NCBI GenBank assembly: GCA_965226565.1
Contig: CBDDDI010000004.1
Location: 408,942 to 472,941, forward strand
DNA from: Oscillospiraceae bacterium
GTDB taxonomy: Bacteria; Bacillota; Clostridia; Oscillospirales; Ruminococcaceae
DNA length: 64,000 nucleotides
Direction of reading: 5' to 3'
The translations under genes and the position numbers were made by a program. The notes under the pieces are model-generated. The model saw only the letters and a list, made by a program, of their open reading frames with translations. It was not told the DNA's origin and did not search any database. How positions within the stretch are numbered: the first letter of the stretch is position 1; every line of letters starts with the position of its first letter. This document shows positions 8,531 through 18,068 of the stretch, piece by piece.

Positions 8531-8754
8531 ATAATATATTATTATTTTATAACTGTCAAGAGATTATAAAAAAAATGTTAAATATCCAAATTTATTTTTA
8601 ATTTATTGACATTATTTTTTCATAAATTTGGATAAAATGAGCGCTTGTTACATTTTTGTCTTCGTCTTTCAACAGGCATGATAATTTTCATTGTGGAAAA
8701 GTGACAAAAAAAGGTATAATTTTGTGATGATGTATACAAAATATTCGAATTATG

Positions 8755-8782
8755 TTGACTTTTTTGAGTATAATGATATAAT
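8755..8782 (+). promoter_or_regulatory. promoter of the GRE operon
   Basis: TTGACT (8755-8760), a 16-nt spacer, then TATAAT (8777-8782). A GTTACAT half-operator at 8799-8805 lies between the -10 and the start codon. Confidence 0.5.
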
Positions 8783-8818
8783 ATAGCTAAAGAAACAAGT
8801 TACATGGGAGGAGCAGAA

Positions 8819-11230
8819 ATGAATAAAAGAATTACTAAGCTACGAAACAGACTATTTGAACAAGAACCAAAAATATGTTCTGAAAGATGTAAGATATTTA
8901 CTAAATCTATCAAACAAAATGCTCTTAAACCTATAGCAATAAGAAGAGCCAATGCCTTCTATGACGTTTTAGACCAAATGACAGTATGGGTTAAAGATGA
9001 TGAACTAATCGTTGGTAATCAAGCTAAATGGCCTAAATCTTCACCTATTTTTCCAGAATACTCAAGTAAATGGATTTTAGAAGAAATTGATGGCACTCCT
9101 TATAAATGGGACGAAAGACCAGGAGATAAATTTTATGCTGATGAAGACGTAAAAGAAGATCTTAAAGAATGTATTAAATATTGGGAAGACAAAGCTTTAA
9201 TTGATGCTTTAAGAGAATCATTACCGGATGATATATTATCTGCATGGGATGCAGGAATTATTGATGAGACTTGGGTAAGTAGCCAAGGACTTGGAAATGA
9301 AATTGTAGATTACAATCTTGTTATTAACAAAGGTCTTAAAGATGTAATTGAAAGAATTGAAAATAGAATGTCAGAACTTGATATGAAAGAACCTGACAAT
9401 GCTAAAAAAATGTTTTTCTTACAAGGTGCTTTAAAAGGTAATCAGGCTGTAATTAATTTTGCTAATAGAATTGCTGATACATGTAAAAATGAAGCAGAAA
9501 AATGTTCTGATAAGAAAAGAAAAGCTGAACTTTTAAAACTTAGCGATATATGTAACAATGTTCCTTACAATCCTGCTAGATCTTTTCATGAAGCAGTTCA
9601 AGCAATTTACATAATTTTACTTGCTGTACATCTTGAATCAAATGGACATGCTATTTCACTAGGAAGATTTGATCAATATGTATATCCATTCTATAAAAAA
9701 GATTTAGAAAATGGAGTTATTACAAAAGAAGAAGCACTTGAAATAATTGAATGTTTCTATATAAAATGTAACGAATTAAACAAACTTCGTTCATGGGGAG
9801 ATTCAGAATTCTTCTTAGGATATCAAATGTTTATCAACCTTGCTGTTGCTGGTCAAGATAAAGATGGAAATGACATGACTAATGATATTTCATATTTATG
9901 TATTGAGGCTTGTGAAGAATTAAAACTTGTTACACCATCTGTTTCTGTAAAATGGTTTCCAAAAACACCTAATGAATTTATGATGAGAGCTCTTGAGGCT
10001 ACTACAAAACATCAAGGTGGTATGCCAGCTTTTTATAATGACCTTGCATTTATGAGAACTTTAAAAAATATGGGAATAGCTGATGATGATCTTTGTGAAT
10101 GGTCACCTGATGGTTGTATTGAAGCATCAATTCCTGGGAAATGGGATTTTGCTGCAAAAGGTCCCTGGCTTAGTGTTGAAAAAGTGTTAGACATCACTCT
10201 TAACAATGGTGTTGATACAAACACAGGCAGACTTTATAAAGCTACTACTAAAAAAATTGAAGATTGTACTTCAATTGATGAAATATATTTTGAATACACA
10301 GAAATGCTTAAATACTTTATGGATCTTCAAGTTGAAACAGAACATGTTAGCGACTATGTTCACTGTTTGATGGATATAAACGCATTTAGATCTTCGCTTG
10401 TTGATGACTGTATTGGAAGATGTTTAGATCTTGTTGAAGGCGGCGCAATCTATTCAGCTGATGGAGGTCCAACTGCTGGAACAATTAGTTCTGGTGATGC
10501 TCTTGCTGCTCTTGATTATGCTGTATTTACAGAAAAGATTCTTACTTTAGATCAAGTTCTTCATGCTTGTAAAACAAATTATGAAGATATGTCTACTACT
10601 CCTACTGGTCCTGAAATAAGAGCTATTATGAAAAATAAAGCTCCTAAATTCGGCAATGATGATGAAAGAGCTGATAAATGGACTGTTAATTTAGAAAATT
10701 TCATTGGTTCTAGATATCGCAATGAATACAAGAGTTCTAAATACGGAAAAGGACCTATTCCTTGTTGCTTCTCTTACAGCCAAAGTCCTGTTTCTGGCAA
10801 CATTGCTTTTGGTCGTCAAGTTGGTGCTACTCCTGAAGGAAGGAAAAAAGGTGAGCCTGTTAACAACGGAATTTCTCCTTCTAACGGATCTGAAAAAAAT
10901 GGTGCTACTGCTGCTTGTAACTCAGTTGGAAAACTACCAAGCATTTGGTTCCAAAAAGGTGCTATTTTTAATATGCGTTTAGCTCAAAATGCTTTTTCTA
11001 CTGAAGAACAACGCCAAAGAGTTATCGCTATGATCAAAGTTTTATTTGGCAAATACGCTCAACAAATTCAATTTAATGTTGTTAACAACGAGATCTACAA
11101 AGATGCTATTAAACATCCTGAAAAATATCAAGATTTGATGGTTCGTGTTTCTGGGTATAGTGCGCTATTTACTTCTCTTGCTTATGACTGTCAAATGGAT
11201 GTTATTAATAGGACTGAGATAGATATTTAA
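8819..11230 (+). CDS. glycyl radical enzyme, PFL2/dehydratase-like clade, substrate unknown
   Basis: Glycine loop MVRVSGYSALFTSL about 35 aa from the C-terminus. The Cys loop is SPDGCIEAS (Cys-x-Glu, with no Cys-Cys pair). The protein is 803 aa. GGGAGGAG lies 7 nt before the ATG at 8819; the ORF-track start at 8804 has no SD. Confidence 0.9.
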   Translation: MNKRITKLRNRLFEQEPKICSERCKIFTKSIKQNALKPIAIRRANAFYDVLDQMTVWVKDDELIVGNQAKWPKSSPIFPEYSSKWILEEIDGTPYKWDERPGDKFYADEDVKEDLKECIKYWEDKALIDALRESLPDDILSAWDAGIIDETWVSSQGLGNEIVDYNLVINKGLKDVIERIENRMSELDMKEPDNAKKMFFLQGALKGNQAVINFANRIADTCKNEAEKCSDKKRKAELLKLSDICNNVPYNPARSFHEAVQAIYIILLAVHLESNGHAISLGRFDQYVYPFYKKDLENGVITKEEALEIIECFYIKCNELNKLRSWGDSEFFLGYQMFINLAVAGQDKDGNDMTNDISYLCIEACEELKLVTPSVSVKWFPKTPNEFMMRALEATTKHQGGMPAFYNDLAFMRTLKNMGIADDDLCEWSPDGCIEASIPGKWDFAAKGPWLSVEKVLDITLNNGVDTNTGRLYKATTKKIEDCTSIDEIYFEYTEMLKYFMDLQVETEHVSDYVHCLMDINAFRSSLVDDCIGRCLDLVEGGAIYSADGGPTAGTISSGDALAALDYAVFTEKILTLDQVLHACKTNYEDMSTTPTGPEIRAIMKNKAPKFGNDDERADKWTVNLENFIGSRYRNEYKSSKYGKGPIPCCFSYSQSPVSGNIAFGRQVGATPEGRKKGEPVNNGISPSNGSEKNGATAACNSVGKLPSIWFQKGAIFNMRLAQNAFSTEEQRQRVIAMIKVLFGKYAQQIQFNVVNNEIYKDAIKHPEKYQDLMVRVSGYSALFTSLAYDCQMDVINRTEIDI

Positions 11231-11251
11231 TTCTTTTCCTCCTCTTGTAGT

Positions 11252-11277
11252 TTTGCCGGTATTTATTTATCGGCAAA
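11252..11277 (+). other. intercistronic stem-loop between the GRE and its activase
   Basis: TTTGCCG-12 nt-CGGCAAA with no T-run. It may tune GRE:activase expression. Confidence 0.35.
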
Positions 11278-11301
11278 CACTGCTGAAAGAAGTTGATTAT
11301 T

Positions 11302-12207
11302 ATGAACACTGCAAGAATTTTTAATATTGAAAGATTTGCTACTGAAGATGGCAATGGAATACGTACTGTTGTATTTCTTAAAGGTTGCAGACTTAATTGT
11401 AAATGGTGTGCTAATCCTGAATCTCAATCTTTTAATAAACAAATTATGTTCAACGCTAATGCTTGCACAGCATGTGAAAAATGTATTAATATTTGTCCAC
11501 AAAACGCTATACAAAAACTTGATGGTTTTGGATATATAACAGATAAATTCAAATGTACTTTATGTTTGAAATGCATTGAAGCTTGTTACCATAATGCAAG
11601 AAGTGTTATGGGAGAAGATTTTACAATTGATGAATTACTATTAGAACTTTTAAAAGATAAAGAATATTATGAAATGTCTGGTGGAGGAATAACTTTTTCT
11701 GGCGGAGAACCTTTAATTTATTCAGATTTTATTTCTGAAATCACTCAAAAATTACATGAAAATAATATAAATGTTTTAGTTGAAACATGCGGATACATAC
11801 AAAAAGAAAACCTACAAAAAGCTTCAAAATATGTCGATGAATTCTTTTTTGACATTAAACAAATGGATTCTTTAAAACACAAAGAATTATGTGGAGAAGA
11901 AAATACAATTATTCTTGAAAATTTAAAATGGCTTAATGATAATTTTAAAGGTCAAATTTCAGTAAGATATCCTTTTATTCCTAATTGCAACGATGATGAA
12001 AATGATATTGAAGCTTTTTTAAAATTTGTAAGTACACTCCATAATGTGAAAGAAGTTTGGTTTTTGCCATATCATAGACTTGGTATTCCAAAATATCAAG
12101 GACTTGGACGAATTTATGAAATGGGAAATATGAAATCTTTAAAATTCAAAGATATTACTTATTTGAAAAAATATCAAAATAAATACTGTTTTAAAATCAG
12201 AATTTAG
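11302..12207 (+). CDS. glycyl radical enzyme activating enzyme (radical SAM)
   Basis: CRLNCKWC (CX3CX2C) lies after FNIERFATEDGNGIRT. Two extra ferredoxin-like clusters are CTACEKCINICP and CTLCLKCIEAC. The start could instead be the TTG at 11293. Confidence 0.9.
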   Translation: MNTARIFNIERFATEDGNGIRTVVFLKGCRLNCKWCANPESQSFNKQIMFNANACTACEKCINICPQNAIQKLDGFGYITDKFKCTLCLKCIEACYHNARSVMGEDFTIDELLLELLKDKEYYEMSGGGITFSGGEPLIYSDFISEITQKLHENNINVLVETCGYIQKENLQKASKYVDEFFFDIKQMDSLKHKELCGEENTIILENLKWLNDNFKGQISVRYPFIPNCNDDENDIEAFLKFVSTLHNVKEVWFLPYHRLGIPKYQGLGRIYEMGNMKSLKFKDITYLKKYQNKYCFKIRI

Positions 12208-12216
12208 GAGGTAAAA

Positions 12217-13686
12217 ATGTCTATAAAACATATTGTTGGCCTCGATTGCGGAAATTCATCATTTAGAACTTTACTTGGTCGTTATGATGGAAAAACAATT
12301 ACTACTGAAGTTATTGAACAACTACCTAATGATATGGTACATATTGAAGGATATCATTATTGGGATTTACTTAAAATATTTGAAGGTTTTAAACTTTCTT
12401 TAAAAAAGATTATTAAAAGTGGAATTAAAATTGATTCTATTGGTGTCTGTACATGGGGTGTTGATTTTGCACTTATGGATAAAAGCGGAATAATGCTTTC
12501 AAATCCTTTATCATATCGAAATCAACAAGGCGCTGAATATCTTTCAAAAATGAGCGAAGAACAAAAATCACAAGTGTTTAATATGACTGGTATTGCATGC
12601 GACAAAATTAATTCTGTTTATCTTCTTCAAGCTATAAAAGACAGAATGCCTGCACCATACAGTATTGCTGATAAACTTCTTATGATTCCTGATATTTTAA
12701 ATTATTTTTTAACAGGAGTTATGATAAATGAACCTAGTGAACTTAGCACAACACAACTTATGAATTCAAAAACAAAAAAAATTGATAAAGCTGCTTGTGA
12801 ATTCTTTGGTATACCAGAAAATCTATTTTGTGAAATAGGTAAACATGGACAAGTTATAGGCAACATAACTAAGCATATAAAAGATGAACTGGAAATTGAT
12901 TATGACATTCCTGTTGTATGTGTTCCTTCTCATGACACTGCTTCAGCTGTTACTGCAATTCCTACTGATGAAGAAAAATTCGTTTTTATAAGCTCAGGCA
13001 CTTGGTCACTTATTGGAACTGAATGTGACAAACCTATTATTAATGAAAATGTTTTACGTTCTGGTCTTACTAATGAAGTTGGTGCTTTTGATAAAATTAC
13101 TCTTCTTAAAAATAGTGCTGGAATGTTTATTATTCAGAGGCTAAAAAAAGAATATGATTGGTCTACAGGCACAAATAATACCTGGGATGAAATTGATCTT
13201 TTAGCTGATGATTATACTGACTCCACTCCTTTGTTTAATATAAATAATATTCGTTTTTTCAATCCCCAAAATATGAGCAAAGAAATCTGGAAATATCTTA
13301 AGGAAACCAACCAAGTTGAAGGTGAACTTAATTTCGGAGCTGTTATTAAAGCAACTCAACACTCGATGGCTGCTTGTTATGCTGTTACAATTGATAGTAT
13401 TGAAAAAATCACAAACAAAAAATACGACAGTATTTATATTGTTGGTGGTGGTTCTAAAAATGTCATGGTTAATAGGCTAACAGCATCTTACACTGGAAAA
13501 AAAGTTGTTGCTTGCAGCAAAGAAAGCACTGCACTTGGAAATATTGCTACTCAAACTAAAATATTTGACGAAGAAATTGATCTACTAAAAATCAGAAAAA
13601 TTATTTCAAATTCTGTTGAACTTAAAACTTTTGATACTAAAGAAAAGGTTGATGGAATTATACAAAAATACAAGAAACTACCATAG
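12217..13686 (+). CDS. FGGY carbohydrate kinase, rhamnulokinase (RhaB)-like
   Basis: GLDCGNSSFR, SHDTASAV, SSGTWSLIG, TNEVGA and LKNSAGMFIIQR parallel E. coli RhaB motifs as I recall them. AGGAGG lies 6 nt upstream of the ATG. Confidence 0.8.
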   Translation: MSIKHIVGLDCGNSSFRTLLGRYDGKTITTEVIEQLPNDMVHIEGYHYWDLLKIFEGFKLSLKKIIKSGIKIDSIGVCTWGVDFALMDKSGIMLSNPLSYRNQQGAEYLSKMSEEQKSQVFNMTGIACDKINSVYLLQAIKDRMPAPYSIADKLLMIPDILNYFLTGVMINEPSELSTTQLMNSKTKKIDKAACEFFGIPENLFCEIGKHGQVIGNITKHIKDELEIDYDIPVVCVPSHDTASAVTAIPTDEEKFVFISSGTWSLIGTECDKPIINENVLRSGLTNEVGAFDKITLLKNSAGMFIIQRLKKEYDWSTGTNNTWDEIDLLADDYTDSTPLFNINNIRFFNPQNMSKEIWKYLKETNQVEGELNFGAVIKATQHSMAACYAVTIDSIEKITNKKYDSIYIVGGGSKNVMVNRLTASYTGKKVVACSKESTALGNIATQTKIFDEEIDLLKIRKIISNSVELKTFDTKEKVDGIIQKYKKLP

Positions 13687-13709
13687 CAAAAACAAAGGAG
13701 GGAGCAAAT

Positions 13710-15212
13710 TTGGAGAAATATATGCTTGAAATGAGCGAAATTAATAAAAGCTTTTATGGTATTCAAGTTTTGAAAAATGCTAGTGTTCAAGTAAAACCTG
13801 GCGAAGTCCATGTTCTTTTAGGAGAAAATGGAGCAGGAAAATCTACATTAATTAAAATTTTGTCTGGTGCTTATAGACGTGAAAAAGGAAACATTACTTT
13901 TGATGGCGAAAAACTTGGTATATGCACACCAAAAGAAGCCATTGATAAAGGTATAAGCGTTATTTATCAAGAATTTAATTTGAATCCACACGTTCCTATT
14001 TATGAAAACATTATGCTTGGTAAAGAGTTTTCAAAAGGTGGCATCATTAATACAAAAAAATGTATTAAAACTGCTCAAAAATATCTTGATATGATAGGTT
14101 TAAAAGCTGATCCTAGAACTTTAGTTGGAGATTTAAGTATTGCTCAAAAACAAATGGTTGAAATAGCTAAAGCAATCTCGACTAATGTTAAACTTTTAGT
14201 TCTTGATGAACCTACTGCTGCTCTTACTGATAAAGAAACTGAAATGCTATTTAAAATCGTTAGAGAACTTAAAGAAAAAGGTATTGGCATTATTTATATT
14301 TCTCACCGTATGAACGAATTGTTCGAAATAGGTGATAGATGCACTGTAATGCGTGATGGAGAATATGTTACCACTGTTAATTTGAAAGAATCTTCTGTTG
14401 AAGAACTTACTAAACTTATGGTTGGTAGAGATGTTAGTTTTGAAAGAATTGAAAATCCTTATGTTAAAGAAGATACTAATATTTTAGAAGTCAAAAATGT
14501 TTCTTACAAAAATCTTGTTAAAGATGTTAGTCTTAATCTTAAAAAAGGTGAGATTCTTGGAATGGCTGGATTAGTTGGTGCTGGTCGTTCTGAACTTGCA
14601 AAATGTATTATTGGTGCTTTTAAAAAAGATAAAGGAAGCGTTTATCTTGATGGTAAAAAACTTAAAGATAATAATATTAGAAGCACTATTGATGATGGTA
14701 TTGTTTATTTGAGTGAAGATCGTAAAGACGAAGGACTTGTTCTTATGCACTCTTTAGTTGATAACATAGCTTTACCTAATCTTGATAAATTTGGAAAACT
14801 TGTTTTAAATAATAATAAAATTTTTAAAACTGCTAAGCAGTATAACGAAAAATTAAACGTTAAGACATATACTCACACAGTTCCAGCTGAAAGTCTTTCT
14901 GGTGGTAATCAACAAAAAGTTGTAATTGCAAAATGGCTTTTATCTGATGCTAAGGTTTACATTTTTGATGAGCCAACTAGAGGTATTGATGTTGGTGCAC
15001 GTGATGAAATATATAATATTATGACGGAACTTGTTAAAAATGGTGCATCTATTTTAATGATATCTTCAGATTTAGTAGAAGTTCAAAAAATGTGTAATCG
15101 TGTTATTGTTTTAAAAGATGGCGAAATTACTGCAGATCTTAAAAACACTGACGATCTTACACAAGATGAAATATTATCTTATGCTTTAACAGGAGGAAAA
15201 AAAGATGAATAA
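13710..15212 (+). CDS. sugar ABC transporter ATP-binding protein, RbsA/MglA type (tandem NBDs, TTG start)
   Basis: Walker A GENGAGKST, signatures LSIAQKQMV and LSGGNQQKV. AAGGAGGGA lies 6 nt before the TTG at 13710. Confidence 0.85.
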   Translation: MEKYMLEMSEINKSFYGIQVLKNASVQVKPGEVHVLLGENGAGKSTLIKILSGAYRREKGNITFDGEKLGICTPKEAIDKGISVIYQEFNLNPHVPIYENIMLGKEFSKGGIINTKKCIKTAQKYLDMIGLKADPRTLVGDLSIAQKQMVEIAKAISTNVKLLVLDEPTAALTDKETEMLFKIVRELKEKGIGIIYISHRMNELFEIGDRCTVMRDGEYVTTVNLKESSVEELTKLMVGRDVSFERIENPYVKEDTNILEVKNVSYKNLVKDVSLNLKKGEILGMAGLVGAGRSELAKCIIGAFKKDKGSVYLDGKKLKDNNIRSTIDDGIVYLSEDRKDEGLVLMHSLVDNIALPNLDKFGKLVLNNNKIFKTAKQYNEKLNVKTYTHTVPAESLSGGNQQKVVIAKWLLSDAKVYIFDEPTRGIDVGARDEIYNIMTELVKNGASILMISSDLVEVQKMCNRVIVLKDGEITADLKNTDDLTQDEILSYALTGGKKDE

Positions 15213-16161
15213 ATTAAAAGGAAAAATTGATTTAACATCAATAACTCTTTATATTGGTGCAGTTCTTATTTTAATAGCATTTACTGTTGTCTGTAGTATT
15301 AATGGTAAAGACTTTCTTACTCCAGCTAATATAACAAATATTATTACTCAGTCTGCTGTAATTGCTATTATCGCAATTGGCGCTTCGCTAGTTATTCTTA
15401 CTGGCGGTATTGACCTTTCAGTTGGTTCAATTGTTGGATTTACTGGTATTTTTGTTGGACTTTTAGTAAAAGACGGTGTTCCTATTTTCTTGGCAATATT
15501 TATTTGCTTAATTGTTGGTGCTTTAATTGGTGCCGCTACTGGTGCACTTGTTAGTTACGGAAAAGTTCCTGCATTTATTGTAACTCTTGGAACAATGCAA
15601 ATTGTACGTGGTATTACAAAAGTTATTACTAAAGGTAAACCTATTGCTGGTTTTCCAATTGGAATTTCAAAAATTACTACAACCGAAGTTTTAGGTATTC
15701 CAATTTTGATATTTTATGTGTTCATCCTTTATGCAATTGTTATCTTTGCACTTAAAAAATCAAAATTTGGTCGCCATTTATATGGACTTGGTGGAAATGC
15801 AAAAGCTGCAAAACTATCAGGTGTAAAAACTCTTCGTGTTGAAATTGTTACATATATGTTAGCTACTATTTTCTCAGTAATTGGTGGTATATTACTTCTT
15901 TCTAGACTTTCATATGCTGATCCTAACGCTGGTAGTGGTTATGAAATGGACGCTATCGCAGCTGCTGTTATTGGTGGTATTGCATTATCAGGTGGTAAAG
16001 GTAAAATTGTTAATACTTTAGTCGGAGCATTGATTTTAGGAATGCTTAAATGTGGATTACAAATTCTTAATGTTCCAGTTTACTATCAAACAATTATCAT
16101 TGGTATTGTTATTATCGCTGCAGTATATATGGATAAAGCAAAAGAAAGAAAAGCAGAATAG
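15205..16161 (+). CDS. sugar ABC transporter permease, RbsC type
   Basis: About 9 TM segments with Gly-rich helices typical of the ribose/galactose permease family. It overlaps the ATPase gene by 8 nt. Confidence 0.85.
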   Translation: MNKLKGKIDLTSITLYIGAVLILIAFTVVCSINGKDFLTPANITNIITQSAVIAIIAIGASLVILTGGIDLSVGSIVGFTGIFVGLLVKDGVPIFLAIFICLIVGALIGAATGALVSYGKVPAFIVTLGTMQIVRGITKVITKGKPIAGFPIGISKITTTEVLGIPILIFYVFILYAIVIFALKKSKFGRHLYGLGGNAKAAKLSGVKTLRVEIVTYMLATIFSVIGGILLLSRLSYADPNAGSGYEMDAIAAAVIGGIALSGGKGKIVNTLVGALILGMLKCGLQILNVPVYYQTIIIGIVIIAAVYMDKAKERKAE

Positions 16162-16196
16162 TTTTGATAAAAACTATAACCATTTTGGTTTCATTA

Positions 16197-16220
16197 GTTG
16201 CACATAATACTATGTGCAAC
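16197..16220 (+). other. perfect 10-bp stem-loop upstream of the binding-protein gene
   Basis: GTTGCACATA-atac-TATGTGCAAC with no T-run, 38 nt before the ATG at 16259. Confidence 0.45.
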
Positions 16221-16258
16221 ATGAAATATATTCAATTTATAATTAGGGGGATTTAAAA

Positions 16259-17275
16259 ATGAAAAAATTACTAGCATTATTTTCAGCGGTGGCACTATCA
16301 TTTAGTCTTATGGCGTGTAGTAACTCAAACGACAACAATGGCGACAACGGCGACAAAAATTCTAGCAAAACTACTAATAGCAATACAGCAAAAAGTGATT
16401 ATAACATCGGATTTATACCTATGACATTGAATAACGAATATTTTATTACAATGGTTAATGGAGCAAAACTTGAAGCAGAAAAATTAGGTGTAAAACTTTC
16501 AGTTCAAGCTGGAGACCAACATGCCAGTGCTGCAGAACAGCTTACAATTGTAGAAAACATGATTACTTCAGGTGTTGATGCAATTTGTATCGTTCCAAGT
16601 TCATCAGAAGGACTTTTCGCTGCACTTTCAAAATGTAAAAAAGAAAATATACCAGTTATAAACATTGATACTAAACTAAATCAAGAAATTTTAGATCAAG
16701 TTGATATGAGCGTTCCTTTCTTTGGAACAGACAATTATCAAGGAGCTAAAGATGCTGGTAAATATGTAAAAGACAACTTTAAAGCAGGAACAAAAACTGC
16801 TATTTTAACAGGTATTGAAGGCCAACAAAATGCATCTGACAGAAGAGATGGATTTGTTAAAGGTGCTGGAGATTCTATTAAAATTGTTGCAGAACAAGCT
16901 GCTAATTGGGAAGTAGACAAAGGTTACGCTGCTGCTCAAAACATTATTACAGCTAATCCAGATGTAGAATTATTCTATTGTGGTAATGACAATATGGCTA
17001 TTGGTGCAATTCGTGCAATAACAGAAGCAAAACTTCAAGATAAAATTAAAGTTATTGGCTTCGACGGAGTATCAGAAGCTCTTGATATGATTTCTAAAGG
17101 AACTTTATATGGTTCTGTAGCTCAATATCCTGGTGAAATGGGAATCTTAGGCGTTAAAAATGCTGTTGAACTTCTTAACGGTAATACTATTGAAGAAAGC
17201 ATCAACACTGGCGCTAAATTAATCACTCCAGATAACGTTGACGAACACAAAGAATACATCAAAAAATTTAAATAA
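16259..17275 (+). CDS. sugar ABC transporter substrate-binding lipoprotein, RbsB type
   Basis: Lipobox LSFSLMAC followed by an Asn/Asp/Ser linker, then a type I periplasmic-binding fold (GFIPMTLNNEYF ... GNDNMAIGAIRA). Confidence 0.85.
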   Translation: MKKLLALFSAVALSFSLMACSNSNDNNGDNGDKNSSKTTNSNTAKSDYNIGFIPMTLNNEYFITMVNGAKLEAEKLGVKLSVQAGDQHASAAEQLTIVENMITSGVDAICIVPSSSEGLFAALSKCKKENIPVINIDTKLNQEILDQVDMSVPFFGTDNYQGAKDAGKYVKDNFKAGTKTAILTGIEGQQNASDRRDGFVKGAGDSIKIVAEQAANWEVDKGYAAAQNIITANPDVELFYCGNDNMAIGAIRAITEAKLQDKIKVIGFDGVSEALDMISKGTLYGSVAQYPGEMGILGVKNAVELLNGNTIEESINTGAKLITPDNVDEHKEYIKKFK

Positions 17276-17292
17276 TACTTAATTAAGCTATA

Positions 17293-17324
17293 TTAAGATC
17301 ACTATTTAAATATAGTGATCTTAA
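17293..17324 (+). other. perfect 13-bp stem-loop just after the binding-protein gene (partial terminator or mRNA stabiliser)
   Basis: TTAAGATCACTAT-ttaaat-ATAGTGATCTTAA followed only by a weak T-tract. Confidence 0.5.
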
Positions 17325-17353
17325 ATATAAAGATTTTAGAAAAGAGGAAAAAT

Positions 17354-17998
17354 ATGAATTACAGAAAATTAATTGTTGAGTCTGGACTACGAATGATTAA
17401 TTCTGGTTACACTGTTGGTACATGGGGAAACATCAGTGTGAGAGATCCTGAAACAAACGAGATATACTTAACCCCAAGTGGAATGAATTACTCAACTATA
17501 ACAGAAGATGATATAGTTGTTGTTAATCTTAAAGGTGAAATTGTAAAAGGGAATAGAAAACCAACTATTGAAGCTGGATTACATGTTGCTATTTACAATG
17601 AAAGACCTGAAGTAAACGCAGTTGTTCATACACACCCTATTTACTCAACAGTATTTTCTTGTTGTGGAGAAGATATTCCACTAATCATTGATGAAGCTGC
17701 TCAAATTATGGGTGACACTTGTAAAACTGCAGAATATGCACTTCCTGGTTCTAAAGAACTTGCTGATAACTGCATAAAAGCACTTGGTAAAAAATCTACT
17801 TCTTGTTTGTTAAAATCACATGGTGCTGTTTGTGTTGGTGAAAACATGGAATCAGCTTTTGCTGTTTGTCAAGTACTTGAAGTAACTGCGGAAATATATC
17901 AAATGATATGTGCTATGGGTAAAAAGTTTGATCCTATTTCAGCTGAAAATGTTGAAGCTATGCAATACTTTGTAAAAAATATTTATGGACAAAAATAA
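17354..17998 (+). CDS. class II aldolase/adducin-fold protein, FucA/RhaD/AraD family (214 aa)
   Basis: Zinc-ligand His motifs VVHTHP and KSHGAV, and a Glu in PTIEAGLH at the FucA catalytic position. AAGAGGAAA lies 5 nt before the ATG at 17354; the ORF-track start at 17315 has no SD. Confidence 0.8.
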   Translation: MNYRKLIVESGLRMINSGYTVGTWGNISVRDPETNEIYLTPSGMNYSTITEDDIVVVNLKGEIVKGNRKPTIEAGLHVAIYNERPEVNAVVHTHPIYSTVFSCCGEDIPLIIDEAAQIMGDTCKTAEYALPGSKELADNCIKALGKKSTSCLLKSHGAVCVGENMESAFAVCQVLEVTAEIYQMICAMGKKFDPISAENVEAMQYFVKNIYGQK

Positions 17999-18025
17999 TT
18001 TAATATTTTAATTTCAAAGTTAAAT

Positions 18026-18068
18026 AATACAGGTATTTCTTTTTTGAGAATATCTGTATTATTTTTTT
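18026..18068 (+). terminator. strong intrinsic terminator ending the GRE operon
   Basis: AATACAGGTAT-13 nt-ATATCTGTATT followed by ATTTTTTT. Confidence 0.7.

Noticed and set aside
8819-11230. Calling the GRE a pyruvate formate-lyase or a propanediol/glycerol dehydratase
   Set aside because: It has no Cys-Cys pair in the active-site loop (GCIE instead), which argues against PFL. No shell, aldehyde dehydrogenase, lactaldehyde reductase or glycerol genes are nearby, so a diol dehydratase call is unsupported. It is left as substrate unknown.
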